From positions 615,425 through 679,424 of the forward strand of contig CAWCNY010000005.1 of the NCBI GenBank assembly GCA_963797095.1: a stretch of DNA of 64,000 bases, given 5' to 3'. Source of the stretch: an uncultured Chloroflexia bacterium (lineage in GTDB: Bacteria > Chloroflexota > Chloroflexia > QHBQ01 > JADMIH01). Below, in pieces: positions 21,212-30,914 of the stretch. The notes below the pieces were generated by a model. It was not told where the DNA came from and did not search any database. It saw only the letters and a program-made list of their open reading frames with translations. The position numbers and the translations under genes were made by a program. The number at the start of each line of letters is the position of its first letter. Position 1 is the first letter of the stretch.

Positions 21212-22233
21212 CCATATGCCATTAAGGTTGCACTATAGGAGACACCTAAGATGCTTTTACGCTGCACAAGGGTTTCGTGCAACAACCCGCTAACATCTTG
21301 CATTATCAAAGTGCGGACTACTACCCGAAGGCAATAGTGGCGTGTAGCATTGGTTAGCTTCCACGTAATACTGTAGGAAAGGCTTACCGTAGATGCGAGG
21401 AGATTGCCCCAGGAGACCAGGGGCGGGTCGTAGATGCCCTGATTGAAGTAGGCAAGGACGGCTTCCAGGATTATGAAGTCGCCAACGGCGAAGGTGGCGG
21501 CTACCAGGATGGGGGCAATTGTGTTGGGGAGGAGATGGCGGAAGATGACGCGCCGCCTTCGAGCGCCAAGAGCGCGGGCGGCCTCGATGAAGGGCTGGGT
21601 GCGGAGGGAGAGGATGGAGCCGCGTACGAGGCGAGCAAGGCCCATCCAGCCGAAGAGGGTGAAGACGAGGCTGATCACGCCAAGGGTCATGTAGACGCTG
21701 GTAGAGGGACTTTGCCAGAGGGGCATGAAGACCATGAGCTGGCGCAGGAGACGAAGGGTAAGCAGGAAGAGCGGGAGGAGTGGAAGGGCGAGCAGGAGAT
21801 CGGTAAAGCGCATGATGACGGTATCAATCAGGCCTCCGAAGTAGCCTGCGACGCCGTCCACCAGGGAGCCGATGAGGACCATGAGTAAGGTGGAGGCGAG
21901 GGCCACGAAGAGGGAGGTGCGCCCGCCGACGAGGAGGCGTGTCAGGTAGTCGCGACCAAGCCAGTCGGTGCCAAGCCAGTGGGTGCCGCCTTTGAGAAGG
22001 TCGGCTTCTCCGAAGTGAGCATAGCCCTGGACCGGATTCACCTCATCTACTTTGAACGAGGTGAACATGGGGACGAAAATGCAGGCCAGAGCGAGAAGGG
22101 CTAATGCGATAGCACCAGCGAGGGCACTCTTTTGCCTGCGAAAGCGCCGCCAGACAAGCGCAAATTGAGTTTCTGTACGTTTTGGTACAGCACTGAGTGT
22201 TTGCCCACCAGAGGTTAGGATTGCATCGGCCAT
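21208..22233 (-). CDS. ABC transporter permease, OppC/DppC-like
   Basis: The N-terminal transmembrane segment is followed by the HWLGTDWLGRDYLTRL motif and later the LSFLG...PPxxSWGN motif. The last ~60 aa do not resemble the canonical TM6 tail. Confidence 0.7.
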   Translation of the reverse strand: MADAILTSGGQTLSAVPKRTETQFALVWRRFRRQKSALAGAIALALLALACIFVPMFTSFKVDEVNPVQGYAHFGEADLLKGGTHWLGTDWLGRDYLTRLLVGGRTSLFVALASTLLMVLIGSLVDGVAGYFGGLIDTVIMRFTDLLLALPLLPLFLLTLRLLRQLMVFMPLWQSPSTSVYMTLGVISLVFTLFGWMGLARLVRGSILSLRTQPFIEAARALGARRRRVIFRHLLPNTIAPILVAATFAVGDFIILEAVLAYFNQGIYDPPLVSWGNLLASTVSLSYSITWKLTNATRHYCLRVVVRTLIMQDVSGLLHETLVQRKSILGVSYSATLMAYG

Positions 22234-22304
22234 GAGATTGTCCTGATGCTAAATGATAGGCTGTCCAGGATCATATCCTTTACTCTGGCCGGATGTTTGA
22301 GCTA

Positions 22305-23333
22305 TTACTCTAGTTCTGAGAGGAGTTGATCCTCTTCATCGTAGTTGGGGAGGGGGTATTGGGCAGGGTCGGGTGGGTTGGCGCGCTCCCAGGCTATTGT
22401 GTTTTGGAGGGATTGGGTGGGAGAGGTGGGTTCGATGTAGTTTAGCTCCTGGCGGATGCGGTCGCTGCTTACGGTCAGGTGCTGGGAGGTGTCGAGGGGG
22501 AGGTCGGTGCGGCCTTTGGGGACGAGGACAACACGGCCTTGCCAGCCTGTGATGTCGGCTATGAGGCGAACCCATTCGGCTTCGGGGTGGGAGGGGGATT
22601 CGGCTACGTTGTAGATGCGATTGGAGGCAGGGGGGTTGGTGGCGGCGAGGGTGATGGCCCAGGCTACGTTTTCTACGTAGCCGCGTGGAGAGTGCCAGGA
22701 GGCGAGGGTTTCGTCGAGGGGGATGGCGGGGCGGGCGTCGTCCATTGGTTTGATGTAGGAGTAGAGGCGGTGCTGGCTGTCGCCGGGGCCGTAGATCATG
22801 GGGAGGCGGAGGACGGTGCCGGGGAGGTTGGAGGGGTCGGAGAGGACGGCTTGCTCCACGAGGATTTTGTCGTAGTGGTCGAAGGGTTTGCGGGGGTGGT
22901 CGTTGGGGAGGGGTGGGTCGGAGCGGTAGGGGTAGAGGCGCTCGCGGAGAGGGGAATCTTCGGTGAGAGGGACGGGGTCGGGCGGGCCGGGCTCGATCTT
23001 GTTGAGGCGGGCGAAGGCGCGGTAGACATCGGCGCTGGAGAGGGCGACGATGCGAGCGGCGTGGCCTTTGAAGGCTTGCATGGCGGCGTTGGCGTCTTCG
23101 GCACCGTTGGCACGCATAAGGATCACTACGTCGGGGTTGAGGGCAGGGAGGTCGGAGGGGATGGTGGTTACGGGGAATTTGCCGTGAGGGCTGTGTATGT
23201 GGCGGACGGTGGGAGGGAGGTCGGGTTCGTGCTCGCCTGTGTGGAAGACGGTGACGGTGTGGCCGAGGTCAAGAAGCTGGCGGACTACGAAAGGGCCGAG
23301 GAAGCCTGTGCCGCCGATGAGGAGGATATGCAA
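22305..23333 (-). CDS. NAD-dependent epimerase/dehydratase (extended SDR family)
   Basis: An N-terminal Rossmann motif is present (ILLIGGTGFLG). A YxxxK-type catalytic region is present. Confidence 0.85.
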   Translation of the reverse strand: MHILLIGGTGFLGPFVVRQLLDLGHTVTVFHTGEHEPDLPPTVRHIHSPHGKFPVTTIPSDLPALNPDVVILMRANGAEDANAAMQAFKGHAARIVALSSADVYRAFARLNKIEPGPPDPVPLTEDSPLRERLYPYRSDPPLPNDHPRKPFDHYDKILVEQAVLSDPSNLPGTVLRLPMIYGPGDSQHRLYSYIKPMDDARPAIPLDETLASWHSPRGYVENVAWAITLAATNPPASNRIYNVAESPSHPEAEWVRLIADITGWQGRVVLVPKGRTDLPLDTSQHLTVSSDRIRQELNYIEPTSPTQSLQNTIAWERANPPDPAQYPLPNYDEEDQLLSELE

Positions 23334-23391
23334 CGCCTTGCTCCTTTCTTTATGGGGAGAAGGGATGGGGAGAAGGGCCCGATGAGACCCC

Positions 23392-23721
23392 TCAGTCTTG
23401 TTGTACTACCTGGCGGGAGATCTTGCCTATCGAGCCCCAGTGCTTGGCGTAGTCGGCCCTCAGGCGGGCGGCGGCTTCGCCGGAGCTGTAGCTCTGATAG
23501 TCGGCGAGGGAGGCGAATTCGTAGACGGTGATGTATTGGGCGGGCCAGTCGGCGGGGGTGGTGTCTTCGAGGACGCGGTATTTCCAGGAGCGGAGAACTT
23601 GAGGCTCGGCGGTGACTTCAGCCACATGGACGTTGGTGTGCCATTCGTTCCATTCGTCGAGTTTGTCTTCCGGGATCCACGTGCGGACTATGTAGAGCAC
23701 ATGTCCTGTGGAGTTGTCCAT
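23392..23721 (-). CDS. Small alpha+beta protein (Dabb/EthD-like or DUF4286-like; hypothetical)
   Basis: A 109-aa ORF in coding-like sequence, situated between two annotated genes. I have no motif-level assignment. Confidence 0.45.
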   Translation of the reverse strand: MDNSTGHVLYIVRTWIPEDKLDEWNEWHTNVHVAEVTAEPQVLRSWKYRVLEDTTPADWPAQYITVYEFASLADYQSYSSGEAAARLRADYAKHWGSIGKISRQVVQQD

Positions 23722-23811
23722 GATGTTTGCCTCCCATTGTACTCAGGTTTTATGGACGAAGATATGAAGAAGAAGGAAGTGCGTGGGCTACTTCAGTGGT
23801 ATTGTACCTGA

Positions 23812-25200
23812 TCAGTGGGCATCTGCTGCCACCTGCTCCAGTGGTTTGGCGTTGCGGACGTAGCTGTTGATGGTTGTGGCGAGGCTCAGGACAACGTAGA
23901 CTGAGCCATAGGCGATGATGGTGCCGGTCGTGCCGAAAACGCCGAGCAGTATGCCGGAGAGGGCGGCACCGATAGGTTGGAAGCCGTATGCCAGTAGGCG
24001 GAAGGTGCTGTTGACACGACCTTGCAGTTTGTCGGGGATGAGGGCAAGGCGGTAGCTGAATTGGACGACGTTGTAGATGGGGCCGGTCATCCAGGATAGA
24101 CCCATGATGATGCCTAGCACCAGGAAGTTGGGAGCGGCAAGGAGCGTAAAGTAGAGGACAACGTTAATCCAGCCGGTGGTGATAATCACCTGGGCGAAGG
24201 AGAAGCGCTTTTGAATCTGGCCGCCTACTACGGCACCGACCACGCCACCGAGAGCGCCAATACTGACGAGGAAACCGATTTCGGTATCGCTTGCTCCGAG
24301 GTCTTTGGCGCGCACTATGAGGATCAGGAAGGTGGCCGCGTTGATGAAGTTGAGGCCGCCGGTGAGGAAGGCCATAAAGCGGATCAGGGGCTGGTTCCAG
24401 AGCCAGGAGAGGCCCTCTCGGATCTCTACGAGAATGTGGCGCTGTTCGGCCGGGCGCTCACCCTGAAACTGAGTTTTGATGAAGAGGAGAGAGACGACAG
24501 AAAAGGCATAGGAAACGGCGTCGAGGATGAAGGGGAAAGCGCGGCTGACGCTCTGGAATAGGAAGGTGCCGATGGGGGGACCGGCGAGGTTGGCGGCGAT
24601 GAAGCCACCCTCGTTCTGGGCGGTGGCCTGGGGAAGCTGCTTTTTGGGCACGACGCGGGGGAGGGCTGCTACTTCGGCTATGTTGAAGAAGACGAAGAAG
24701 ATGCCCTCGATGAAGGCGTTGATGAGAAGCTGCCAGGGGGTGATCTTGTCGAGGGCAAAGGCGAGGGGGATGCTGGCGATGTTGAGGGCGCGGAAAGTAT
24801 CGCAGATGATCATGACGTGCTTGCGGTTCCAGCGGTCGATGAGAGCGCCTACGGGGAGGCTAATGAGGAGGTAGGGGAGGGAGCCAAGAGCGGCGGCAAA
24901 ACCGGCCAGGGCGGTATCGCCGGTGGGATTGGAGGCGCTGACGGTGATCGCCAGGATCAGGAGGGGGAAGACAATGCCCGACATACCGCTGCCTACGGCT
25001 GAGATCACCTGACCGCTCCAGAGGAGCATGTAATCGCGGTTGAAGACTAGAGGGCGGAATTTCTCCTGTTGAGGTTGGGGCTGTTCGGGCCGGGCATTTT
25101 CGGGGGCGGCCATCGCGGTATCGACGGAGACCGAGGAATGGATCGCTATGTCTTCTTGAAGCTGCTGCAAGGCAACCTGTTCTTGTTCGGTGGTGTCCAT
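23812..25200 (-). CDS. MFS transporter (EntS/DUF894-like subfamily), copy 1 of 3
   Basis: Twelve transmembrane helices and MFS signature loops are present. An RBS-like AGAGGAAG sits upstream of ATG 25200. The ORF track has an alternative start at 25269. Confidence 0.8.
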   Translation of the reverse strand: MDTTEQEQVALQQLQEDIAIHSSVSVDTAMAAPENARPEQPQPQQEKFRPLVFNRDYMLLWSGQVISAVGSGMSGIVFPLLILAITVSASNPTGDTALAGFAAALGSLPYLLISLPVGALIDRWNRKHVMIICDTFRALNIASIPLAFALDKITPWQLLINAFIEGIFFVFFNIAEVAALPRVVPKKQLPQATAQNEGGFIAANLAGPPIGTFLFQSVSRAFPFILDAVSYAFSVVSLLFIKTQFQGERPAEQRHILVEIREGLSWLWNQPLIRFMAFLTGGLNFINAATFLILIVRAKDLGASDTEIGFLVSIGALGGVVGAVVGGQIQKRFSFAQVIITTGWINVVLYFTLLAAPNFLVLGIIMGLSWMTGPIYNVVQFSYRLALIPDKLQGRVNSTFRLLAYGFQPIGAALSGILLGVFGTTGTIIAYGSVYVVLSLATTINSYVRNAKPLEQVAADAH

Positions 25201-25282
25201 GTTGGGTATTTCACTTCCTCTTGTGGTGACCGAGCAGGCTAGGCAAACCACCCGGTAATTTCGACTCATGTGTGCGCTTTTT

Positions 25283-25395
25283 GGATTGGTACGCTCCCGA
25301 AGTTTGATCCTGGAGAGCGAGATCCTTCGCTTCGCTCAGGATGACAAGGTCATCATGGGTTTGTTTCCTGACACATTTTCGTTAGCACGGTGATC
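25283..25395. repeat. Second repeat family, copy 1 (~100 bp, GAGCGAGATCCTTCGCTTCGCTCAGGATGACAAGG...CATTTTCGTTAGCA)
   Basis: About 80% identical to the copy at 39625-39740. It lies immediately upstream of MFS copy 1. Confidence 0.8.
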
Positions 25396-25418
25396 AGGAT
25401 GAGAGGGGTAAGCCGGGG

Positions 25419-26882
25419 TCATTTTACGGCTTCCTGGGGGAGCGCCTGGGGCATCTGGGCGTCGGCAAGGATCTTTTCTATGGGTTCGCCACGCTGGATG
25501 GCGACTTCGTCAAGGTACTTCTTGTCTTCCACCTTCAGGAGGTACTGGTTGAAAAGCTGGATGGTGGAGAAAAGAACTACGATGCCGCCCAGGATGGCGA
25601 GGATCAGGCCGGGGTTGAAGGTAGCACCCGCGAGTCCGGCCAGGAGAGTGCCCACGGGAGCGGAGAACTGGGCGATGACGCGCCTGACGGAGAAGACACG
25701 GCCCTGAAGGGCGCGGGGAACCTGGGTTTGCCAGATGGTCTGGGAGTGGGAGTTCATGACAGGGATGAGAGAGACCAGGGCAAAGCTCATGGCGGCGGAG
25801 AGGAGGATGGACGGGGAGAGGCCATAGACGATCTGGATTATCCCCGCCACGAGGATCGGGATTACGACGCCGTAAACGCGCTTGCGCTTGAGGCCACCCC
25901 AGGTGCTCATTAGCACGCCACCGACTACGCCGCCGATGCTGCCGAGAGTGGTGATGAGGGCGAGGGCGGTCTCGAAGGTGAAGCCGAGATGCTGCCAGTC
26001 AGAGGCGAGGTTGAATTTAAGGAGGAGGGGGACGAAAAGCTCGACGGGGGCACTGGCGAAGTTGATCACGGTGAAGGTGGCGAGGAGCCAAAGCAAGGGA
26101 GGGCGACGCCTGATGTACATAGCGCCCTCTTTGATGTCGGCCCAGACGCTCTTTCTGATTTTGGTGCCATCCTCGGCGTGGAGGTCGGTGCGTTTGGGGG
26201 AGGGGATGTAGAGGAAGAGGAGGGTGGCAGCCGCGATGAAGAAGGTGACAGCATCGACGCCGATGGCGAGGGCCGCGCCGTCGGTGAGGGGGGCAAGCCA
26301 ATCGGCGAAAGCGCCGGGTAGGAGGCCCTGCCGGGCCAGGGAAGGGAGGGCGATGATGCTGGCGGCGATGGCGGGGGAGAGAATGCCGGAGAGGGACCAC
26401 ATTGTTTGCATCATGCCGTTGGCGCGTGCCAGTTGTTTTTCGGACACTAGCATGGCGTAGGAGGTATCGAAAGCCGAGTTGTGGAAGACGCTGAAGCCCT
26501 GGAAGGCAGCGACCAGAAGGACAAGCATCCAGACATCGAGGACGCCTGTGAGGAGGAGGGTCATGAGAGTGAAGCTGAGGAGGCCATTGGTGGCGTCCAC
26601 AAGCATCATGGTACGCTTGCGGTCGTGGCGGTCGGCCCAGGCACCCGCGATGGGGGCGAGGACGAGGGTGACGATGTAGGTGAGGGAGATGGCGGTGAGC
26701 GCGAAGGCTAGCTCAGGCTTCTGGGACTCCAGGGGGTATTTGGTCTGGGTGAGCCAGATAGTGACGGCGAACCAGGTGAGGGCGCTGCCGAAGACGGAGA
26801 GCGATTGGGTGATCCACACAATGAGGAAGGTGCGGAAGCCATTCGCAGGGGGCTGGTATTCTGTTGCGATTGGTGTGGACAT
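25419..26882 (-). CDS. MFS transporter (EntS/DUF894-like), copy 2 of 3
   Basis: Twelve transmembrane helices are present. The GAWADRHDRKRTMM loop 2-3 motif is present. Confidence 0.85.
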   Translation of the reverse strand: MSTPIATEYQPPANGFRTFLIVWITQSLSVFGSALTWFAVTIWLTQTKYPLESQKPELAFALTAISLTYIVTLVLAPIAGAWADRHDRKRTMMLVDATNGLLSFTLMTLLLTGVLDVWMLVLLVAAFQGFSVFHNSAFDTSYAMLVSEKQLARANGMMQTMWSLSGILSPAIAASIIALPSLARQGLLPGAFADWLAPLTDGAALAIGVDAVTFFIAAATLLFLYIPSPKRTDLHAEDGTKIRKSVWADIKEGAMYIRRRPPLLWLLATFTVINFASAPVELFVPLLLKFNLASDWQHLGFTFETALALITTLGSIGGVVGGVLMSTWGGLKRKRVYGVVIPILVAGIIQIVYGLSPSILLSAAMSFALVSLIPVMNSHSQTIWQTQVPRALQGRVFSVRRVIAQFSAPVGTLLAGLAGATFNPGLILAILGGIVVLFSTIQLFNQYLLKVEDKKYLDEVAIQRGEPIEKILADAQMPQALPQEAVK

Positions 26883-26996
26883 GCTTTTCCCTGTGAATTA
26901 GATAAGTATCTCAGTGGATCTACTTTAGCAAATCGGTGACGGGATCGCCATCGGTCCTCAGGCGTATTTAGCGATGGGGGTGCCGGGTGCCGGGTG

Positions 26997-27021
26997 CCGG
27001 GGAAGCCGACGGCTTCCCCGG
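26997..27021 (-). terminator. Perfect 11-bp-stem hairpin (CCGGGGAAGCC-gac-GGCTTCCCCGG) downstream of MFS copy 3; possible terminator
   Basis: It lies 13 nt after the MFS stop codon on the minus strand. The downstream tract is not U-rich. Confidence 0.35.
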
Positions 27022-27033
27022 AGAAGGTGCGCG

Positions 27034-28299
27034 TCAGGCGGCGGCTACCTCCTTTTCCTCGCGCATCTGGGATAGTGGCACCTGGCCGGGGTCGCGCAGG
27101 AGGCGCAGGGCCAGGAGACCGGAGATTATCACCAGGAGGCACATGGCTGCCATGAGGAAGACCACGTAGAGGTGGCCGCCGAGCACGGTTGCCAGCACCC
27201 GACCAAAGAGGAGGAGGAGCGCCTGGGTGGTGTTGATGGTGCCGAAGACGCGCCCGCGATAGCGATCCTGGGTGAGGCTCTGGAACATGGTGAGGGCTCC
27301 TACATCGAGGCCGACCAGGGGTATGCCGACTAGGACCAACAGAGCCAGGTTAAGGGGAAGGATGGGAATGGAGAAGATGAGGAGGTCGACCACGCCAAAG
27401 AGGAGCAATCCATAGGAGACAAGCTGCCAGGCCTGGACTTTTTTGGAGACGAGGCCTATAAGGGCACCGCCCAGGAGTCCGCCGATGGCCTGGGCGGTCA
27501 TGAGCCAGCCAAGCTCGACGGAACCGCCTTTGAGGGCGTCGGTGACGTAGACGGCGAAGAGGACGGTGATAGCGCCGTCGGCGAGCCAGACCATGGTGGC
27601 CAGGCTGAGGATGGTGGCGAGGGTGCGGTTGCTGCGTATTACTGTGAGGCCCTCCAGCCACTCGCGGATGAGGTTTCTGTAGTGGAAGGAGGGGGGTGGC
27701 TCATCTTCGGGATGCCCGACGCGGGTTATGTTGCGAGGCGCGCTGATCAGGAGAATCAGGCTTGCGCCTATGACGAAGCTGGCTACATCGAGTACTACGG
27801 AGAGGTGGAAGCCGAAGAAGGCGAAGACTACGCCACCAACGGCGGGGCCGATGAGGCGGGCCAGGTTGTTGTTGAGGGAGTTGAGGGCGTTGGCGGTGAC
27901 GAGATCGCTTTCGCCTACGAGCTTGGGGAGGAGGGCGCTTTCGGCCGGATTGGAAAGCTGCCTGATTATGTTGGCGGTGATGGCAACCACATAGATCACC
28001 CAAACGTCGGCAGGGGTGTTGAAGAGGAAGAGGAGGGAGTAGACGGGGGCAAGCAGGAGGTTGGTTACTACGAGGATCTGCTTGCGGTCCAACCTGTCGA
28101 CGAAGACGCCGCCGAGGGAGCCGAGGAAGATGCCGGGGAGGGCGGCCACCACGAAGTAGAGGCCCATGGCGGCGACGGAGCCTGTGAGGTAGAGGGTGTA
28201 GAGGGGGAGGGCTGTGAACATGACCCAGTCGCCCATGAAGGAGATGAGGCCGCCCCACCAGAGGAGGGCAAAGTTGCGTTGTCTTAGTACTGCGATCAT
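27034..28299 (-). CDS. MFS transporter (EntS/DUF894-like), copy 3 of 3
   Basis: Twelve transmembrane helices are present. The VFVDRLDRKQILV motif is present. I placed the start at ATG 28299 because the longer ORF would run through repeat element R2. Confidence 0.85.
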   Translation of the reverse strand: MIAVLRQRNFALLWWGGLISFMGDWVMFTALPLYTLYLTGSVAAMGLYFVVAALPGIFLGSLGGVFVDRLDRKQILVVTNLLLAPVYSLLFLFNTPADVWVIYVVAITANIIRQLSNPAESALLPKLVGESDLVTANALNSLNNNLARLIGPAVGGVVFAFFGFHLSVVLDVASFVIGASLILLISAPRNITRVGHPEDEPPPSFHYRNLIREWLEGLTVIRSNRTLATILSLATMVWLADGAITVLFAVYVTDALKGGSVELGWLMTAQAIGGLLGGALIGLVSKKVQAWQLVSYGLLLFGVVDLLIFSIPILPLNLALLVLVGIPLVGLDVGALTMFQSLTQDRYRGRVFGTINTTQALLLLFGRVLATVLGGHLYVVFLMAAMCLLVIISGLLALRLLRDPGQVPLSQMREEKEVAAA

Positions 28300-28357
28300 G
28301 GTGTTTCTCCGTGGATGGGGCCGACCCCTCGAATGTTGTTTCACATTGGGTGAGCAA

Positions 28358-28565
28358 AGACCCCTCACCCCCGGCCCCTCTCCCCTTGTAGGGGCGAGGG
28401 GAGTTAATAATTGGTGAGGAGAGTTGTGGGGACACCCCCCAATCCCCCTGTCAGGGGAGGACCCCTGCACCCCCTTTCGTTGACGTGTAAAGGAGGGGTT
28501 GGGGGCACCCCTAATCTCCTGTCAGGGGACGCCGGGGTCTTTCAGGGTAATACCTCTGCACCCCC
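28358..28565. repeat. Mosaic intergenic repeat element, copy R2 (A + B + B)
   Basis: It has the same A and B modules as R1. It lies between the DUF4097 gene stop and the MFS-3 start. Confidence 0.85.
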
Positions 28566-28569
28566 TCGG

Positions 28570-29709
28570 TTAGCGACCGAGGCGGGTGATGGCGTCGAGG
28601 GCTTCCTGGGCTGACATTTCGCCGCGCTCTACCTTCTGGAAGATCTCTAGCTCGGCTTGCTGGCGAGAGACGTAACCTTCGGGCTGGGTGCGGTCGCCGT
28701 AGCTTTCGTCTGAGCGGCTGAGGTCGGTGGTGAGGGAACCGGAGGTGCCATCGCCATCGGCCCTAGGCTGCCTGCGCGGGTTGATGTTGATGTCACCGCT
28801 GACGGTTGATACCTGGATGGTGAGGCCGCCGCCGCCGTTGACTTCGAGGGAGGTCTCGCGCCTGCCATTGGCCTGGTACTTGACCTTGTCGCGGGGGAAG
28901 CCGCAGGTTACGGAGCCGCTGACGGTGCGGGTCTCAAGCTTGAAGCCGGCATCGGCAGGGGTGAAGACGGTGAGGTCGCCACTGACGGTGCGTACCTCGA
29001 AGTCCTTTTCAGGGAGCTTGACCATGTCGAGTTGCAGATCGCCGCTGGAGGTGTGCATGCTCAACTCATCGAGTGAGAGGTCGCGGGTGCGGATGTCGCC
29101 GGAGGCGGTGCGCACGCCCATCTTGCCTTCGAGGCCGGCAACGGTTATGTCGCCGCTGGCGCTGCTGACCAGGAGGTTGCCGCCCACGTTCTTGAGGCCG
29201 AGGTCGCCGGAGCTTGTCTGGCAAAGGAGGGTGCCTGTGACACCTTCGATCTTGATATCGCCGCTGCTTGTGCGAAGGTTGAGGTGGCAATTGTGCGGTA
29301 CTTTGATGTAGTAGTCGCGGCCACCACGCCAGTTGCCGAGGTTGATATCGACGTGGACGCCAAACCTGCTCATCCTGCGCATAGTGCGGTCGATGGCGCG
29401 CTCGATGTTCTTGCGCTCAAGGCTGGTGGCGGCCTTCGCCAGGTCTACGCCGAGGTCTTTCAGTTCCACGTCGCCGGGGTCACGGAAGTTGACTACTTTC
29501 TGACGGCCGGGGTTGTTCTTGATGGTGACGTTGGACCCTTCCTCGATTACATCGAAGTAACCATCGGGGTCGCTGATCGATACTTCGATCTCCTGCTTGT
29601 CCCATGCTTCAACGTAAACGTCGCCGGTGGGCTGTTCGAGGTTGACGCGGGGGGTTTCGTCGAATTCCGCTGTGGAAATCGTCTGTGTGTATCCTTGAGT
29701 TTCTGCCAT
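28570..29709 (-). CDS. DUF4097-family protein (LiaG / putative-adhesin-like beta-helix repeats)
   Basis: Repeated SGD(I/L)xV motifs are present (TSSGDIKIEG, SSGDLGLKNV, ASGDITVAG, ASGDIRTRD, SSGDLQLDMV, VSGDLTVF, VSGDINI). Confidence 0.8.
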   Translation of the reverse strand: MAETQGYTQTISTAEFDETPRVNLEQPTGDVYVEAWDKQEIEVSISDPDGYFDVIEEGSNVTIKNNPGRQKVVNFRDPGDVELKDLGVDLAKAATSLERKNIERAIDRTMRRMSRFGVHVDINLGNWRGGRDYYIKVPHNCHLNLRTSSGDIKIEGVTGTLLCQTSSGDLGLKNVGGNLLVSSASGDITVAGLEGKMGVRTASGDIRTRDLSLDELSMHTSSGDLQLDMVKLPEKDFEVRTVSGDLTVFTPADAGFKLETRTVSGSVTCGFPRDKVKYQANGRRETSLEVNGGGGLTIQVSTVSGDININPRRQPRADGDGTSGSLTTDLSRSDESYGDRTQPEGYVSRQQAELEIFQKVERGEMSAQEALDAITRLGR

Positions 29710-29783
29710 TTTGTTTGCCTCCTAAAGTGATTTTTGTTAGTCAGGTAGATTGGTAATAGGTCGCGGGCGTGTGTGAAGCGCCA

Positions 29784-30794
29784 TCAAAATATACGTAGGG
29801 AGTATGTTCCTGCCGAGGCAAAGAACCTCTCTACCAGCCAGTTTTTCATAAGGGCAAAATAGCCGGGAGCGAAATCGAGATCGCTTCTTTCACGACGCTC
29901 TGCCCGCTCCTTGCGGCTGCCGGTCTCTGAAGTAAATATGCCGTGATCGGCTTCGGCAAATACTTTGAGGGTAAAATCGGGGTTGCCCGCCGCCTGAAGC
30001 TCCTGCCTGAAAGCCTCCACACTGTGCAGGGCGGGGACCAGCTGGTCGGTTTCGCCCCAGATGCCGAGGAAGGGGCAGGTGACCTGGCGGAGCACAGGCC
30101 TGGGATCGTAGTCCATGATCTTGAGCATGAATGCAGCACCTTCGGGCGCAAGGTCGGGCAGATAGGGCATCCAGGGCTGGTCTTTGAGATGCTCGAAGTC
30201 GAGGGCCTGCATAATATCGGCGACGGAGAATCCATCGCGCAGCATGTTGAGGCCGGTGGAATAGAAGTGAACGGCGCGTTCGACATCTTCCTGGGGGAAG
30301 CCGTCGGCCCGAAGCTCGTGCTCGGCTCGGAATATCTCTTGATCGGCGGGGCTTATGGCCGGACCTGAGACGGCGATTACGAAGGCGATATCGGCTGAGC
30401 GTGAGGCGGCGAGGGGTGAGACCCAACCGCCCTGGCTGATGCCCCAGAGGCCGACGGCGTCTTTCTTTATGTCGGAGCGGCTGCGAAGGTAGTGGACGGC
30501 GGCGATAGCTTCGCCGGCGCGGTCGTTGAAGTCCTGGTCGAGCCAATTGCCAGTGGAGTCGCCACAGCCCGGCTTATCCCAGGTGAGGGTGGCGAACCCC
30601 GCACTTTCAAACATCTCGGCGAGGGCCATGAAGTAGGGGTCGGAGCGGACACCTGTGCCCGACCCCTCTACGATGGCTACCGCCGGGTGGGATCCCTCGG
30701 CATCGGGCAAGCAGATCATGCCTGCCAATTGCGTTTCGCCGTTCTCAAACATCACTTCTTCGGTACGCATTGTAGTTGTTCTCCTGGGTTCCAT
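29784..30794 (-). CDS. Alpha/beta-fold hydrolase (dienelactone-hydrolase/peptidase S9-like)
   Basis: A nucleophile elbow is present (GISQGG). Downstream Asp/His catalytic residues are present. Confidence 0.8.
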   Translation of the reverse strand: MEPRRTTTMRTEEVMFENGETQLAGMICLPDAEGSHPAVAIVEGSGTGVRSDPYFMALAEMFESAGFATLTWDKPGCGDSTGNWLDQDFNDRAGEAIAAVHYLRSRSDIKKDAVGLWGISQGGWVSPLAASRSADIAFVIAVSGPAISPADQEIFRAEHELRADGFPQEDVERAVHFYSTGLNMLRDGFSVADIMQALDFEHLKDQPWMPYLPDLAPEGAAFMLKIMDYDPRPVLRQVTCPFLGIWGETDQLVPALHSVEAFRQELQAAGNPDFTLKVFAEADHGIFTSETGSRKERAERRERSDLDFAPGYFALMKNWLVERFFASAGTYSLRIF

Positions 30795-30914
30795 GTAAGG
30801 TGTGATACGTTACTAACTTTGCGGGTTTCAGAGTTGGTGGCTGGTCCGGTTAAGTGGTGGCTTCCAAGTAGGGCGAGGCATGCCTCGCCCCTACAGGGGC
30901 TTTGAAAGGATTAC

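Noticed and set aside
27034-28470. The longer start for MFS copy 3 at 28470, and similarly the long starts for hutI at 33434 and pyrH at 47097
   Set aside because: The extended N-termini run through repeat elements (R2, R4 and a heptamer array) and add non-homologous low-complexity residues. Internal ATGs give canonical protein N-termini.
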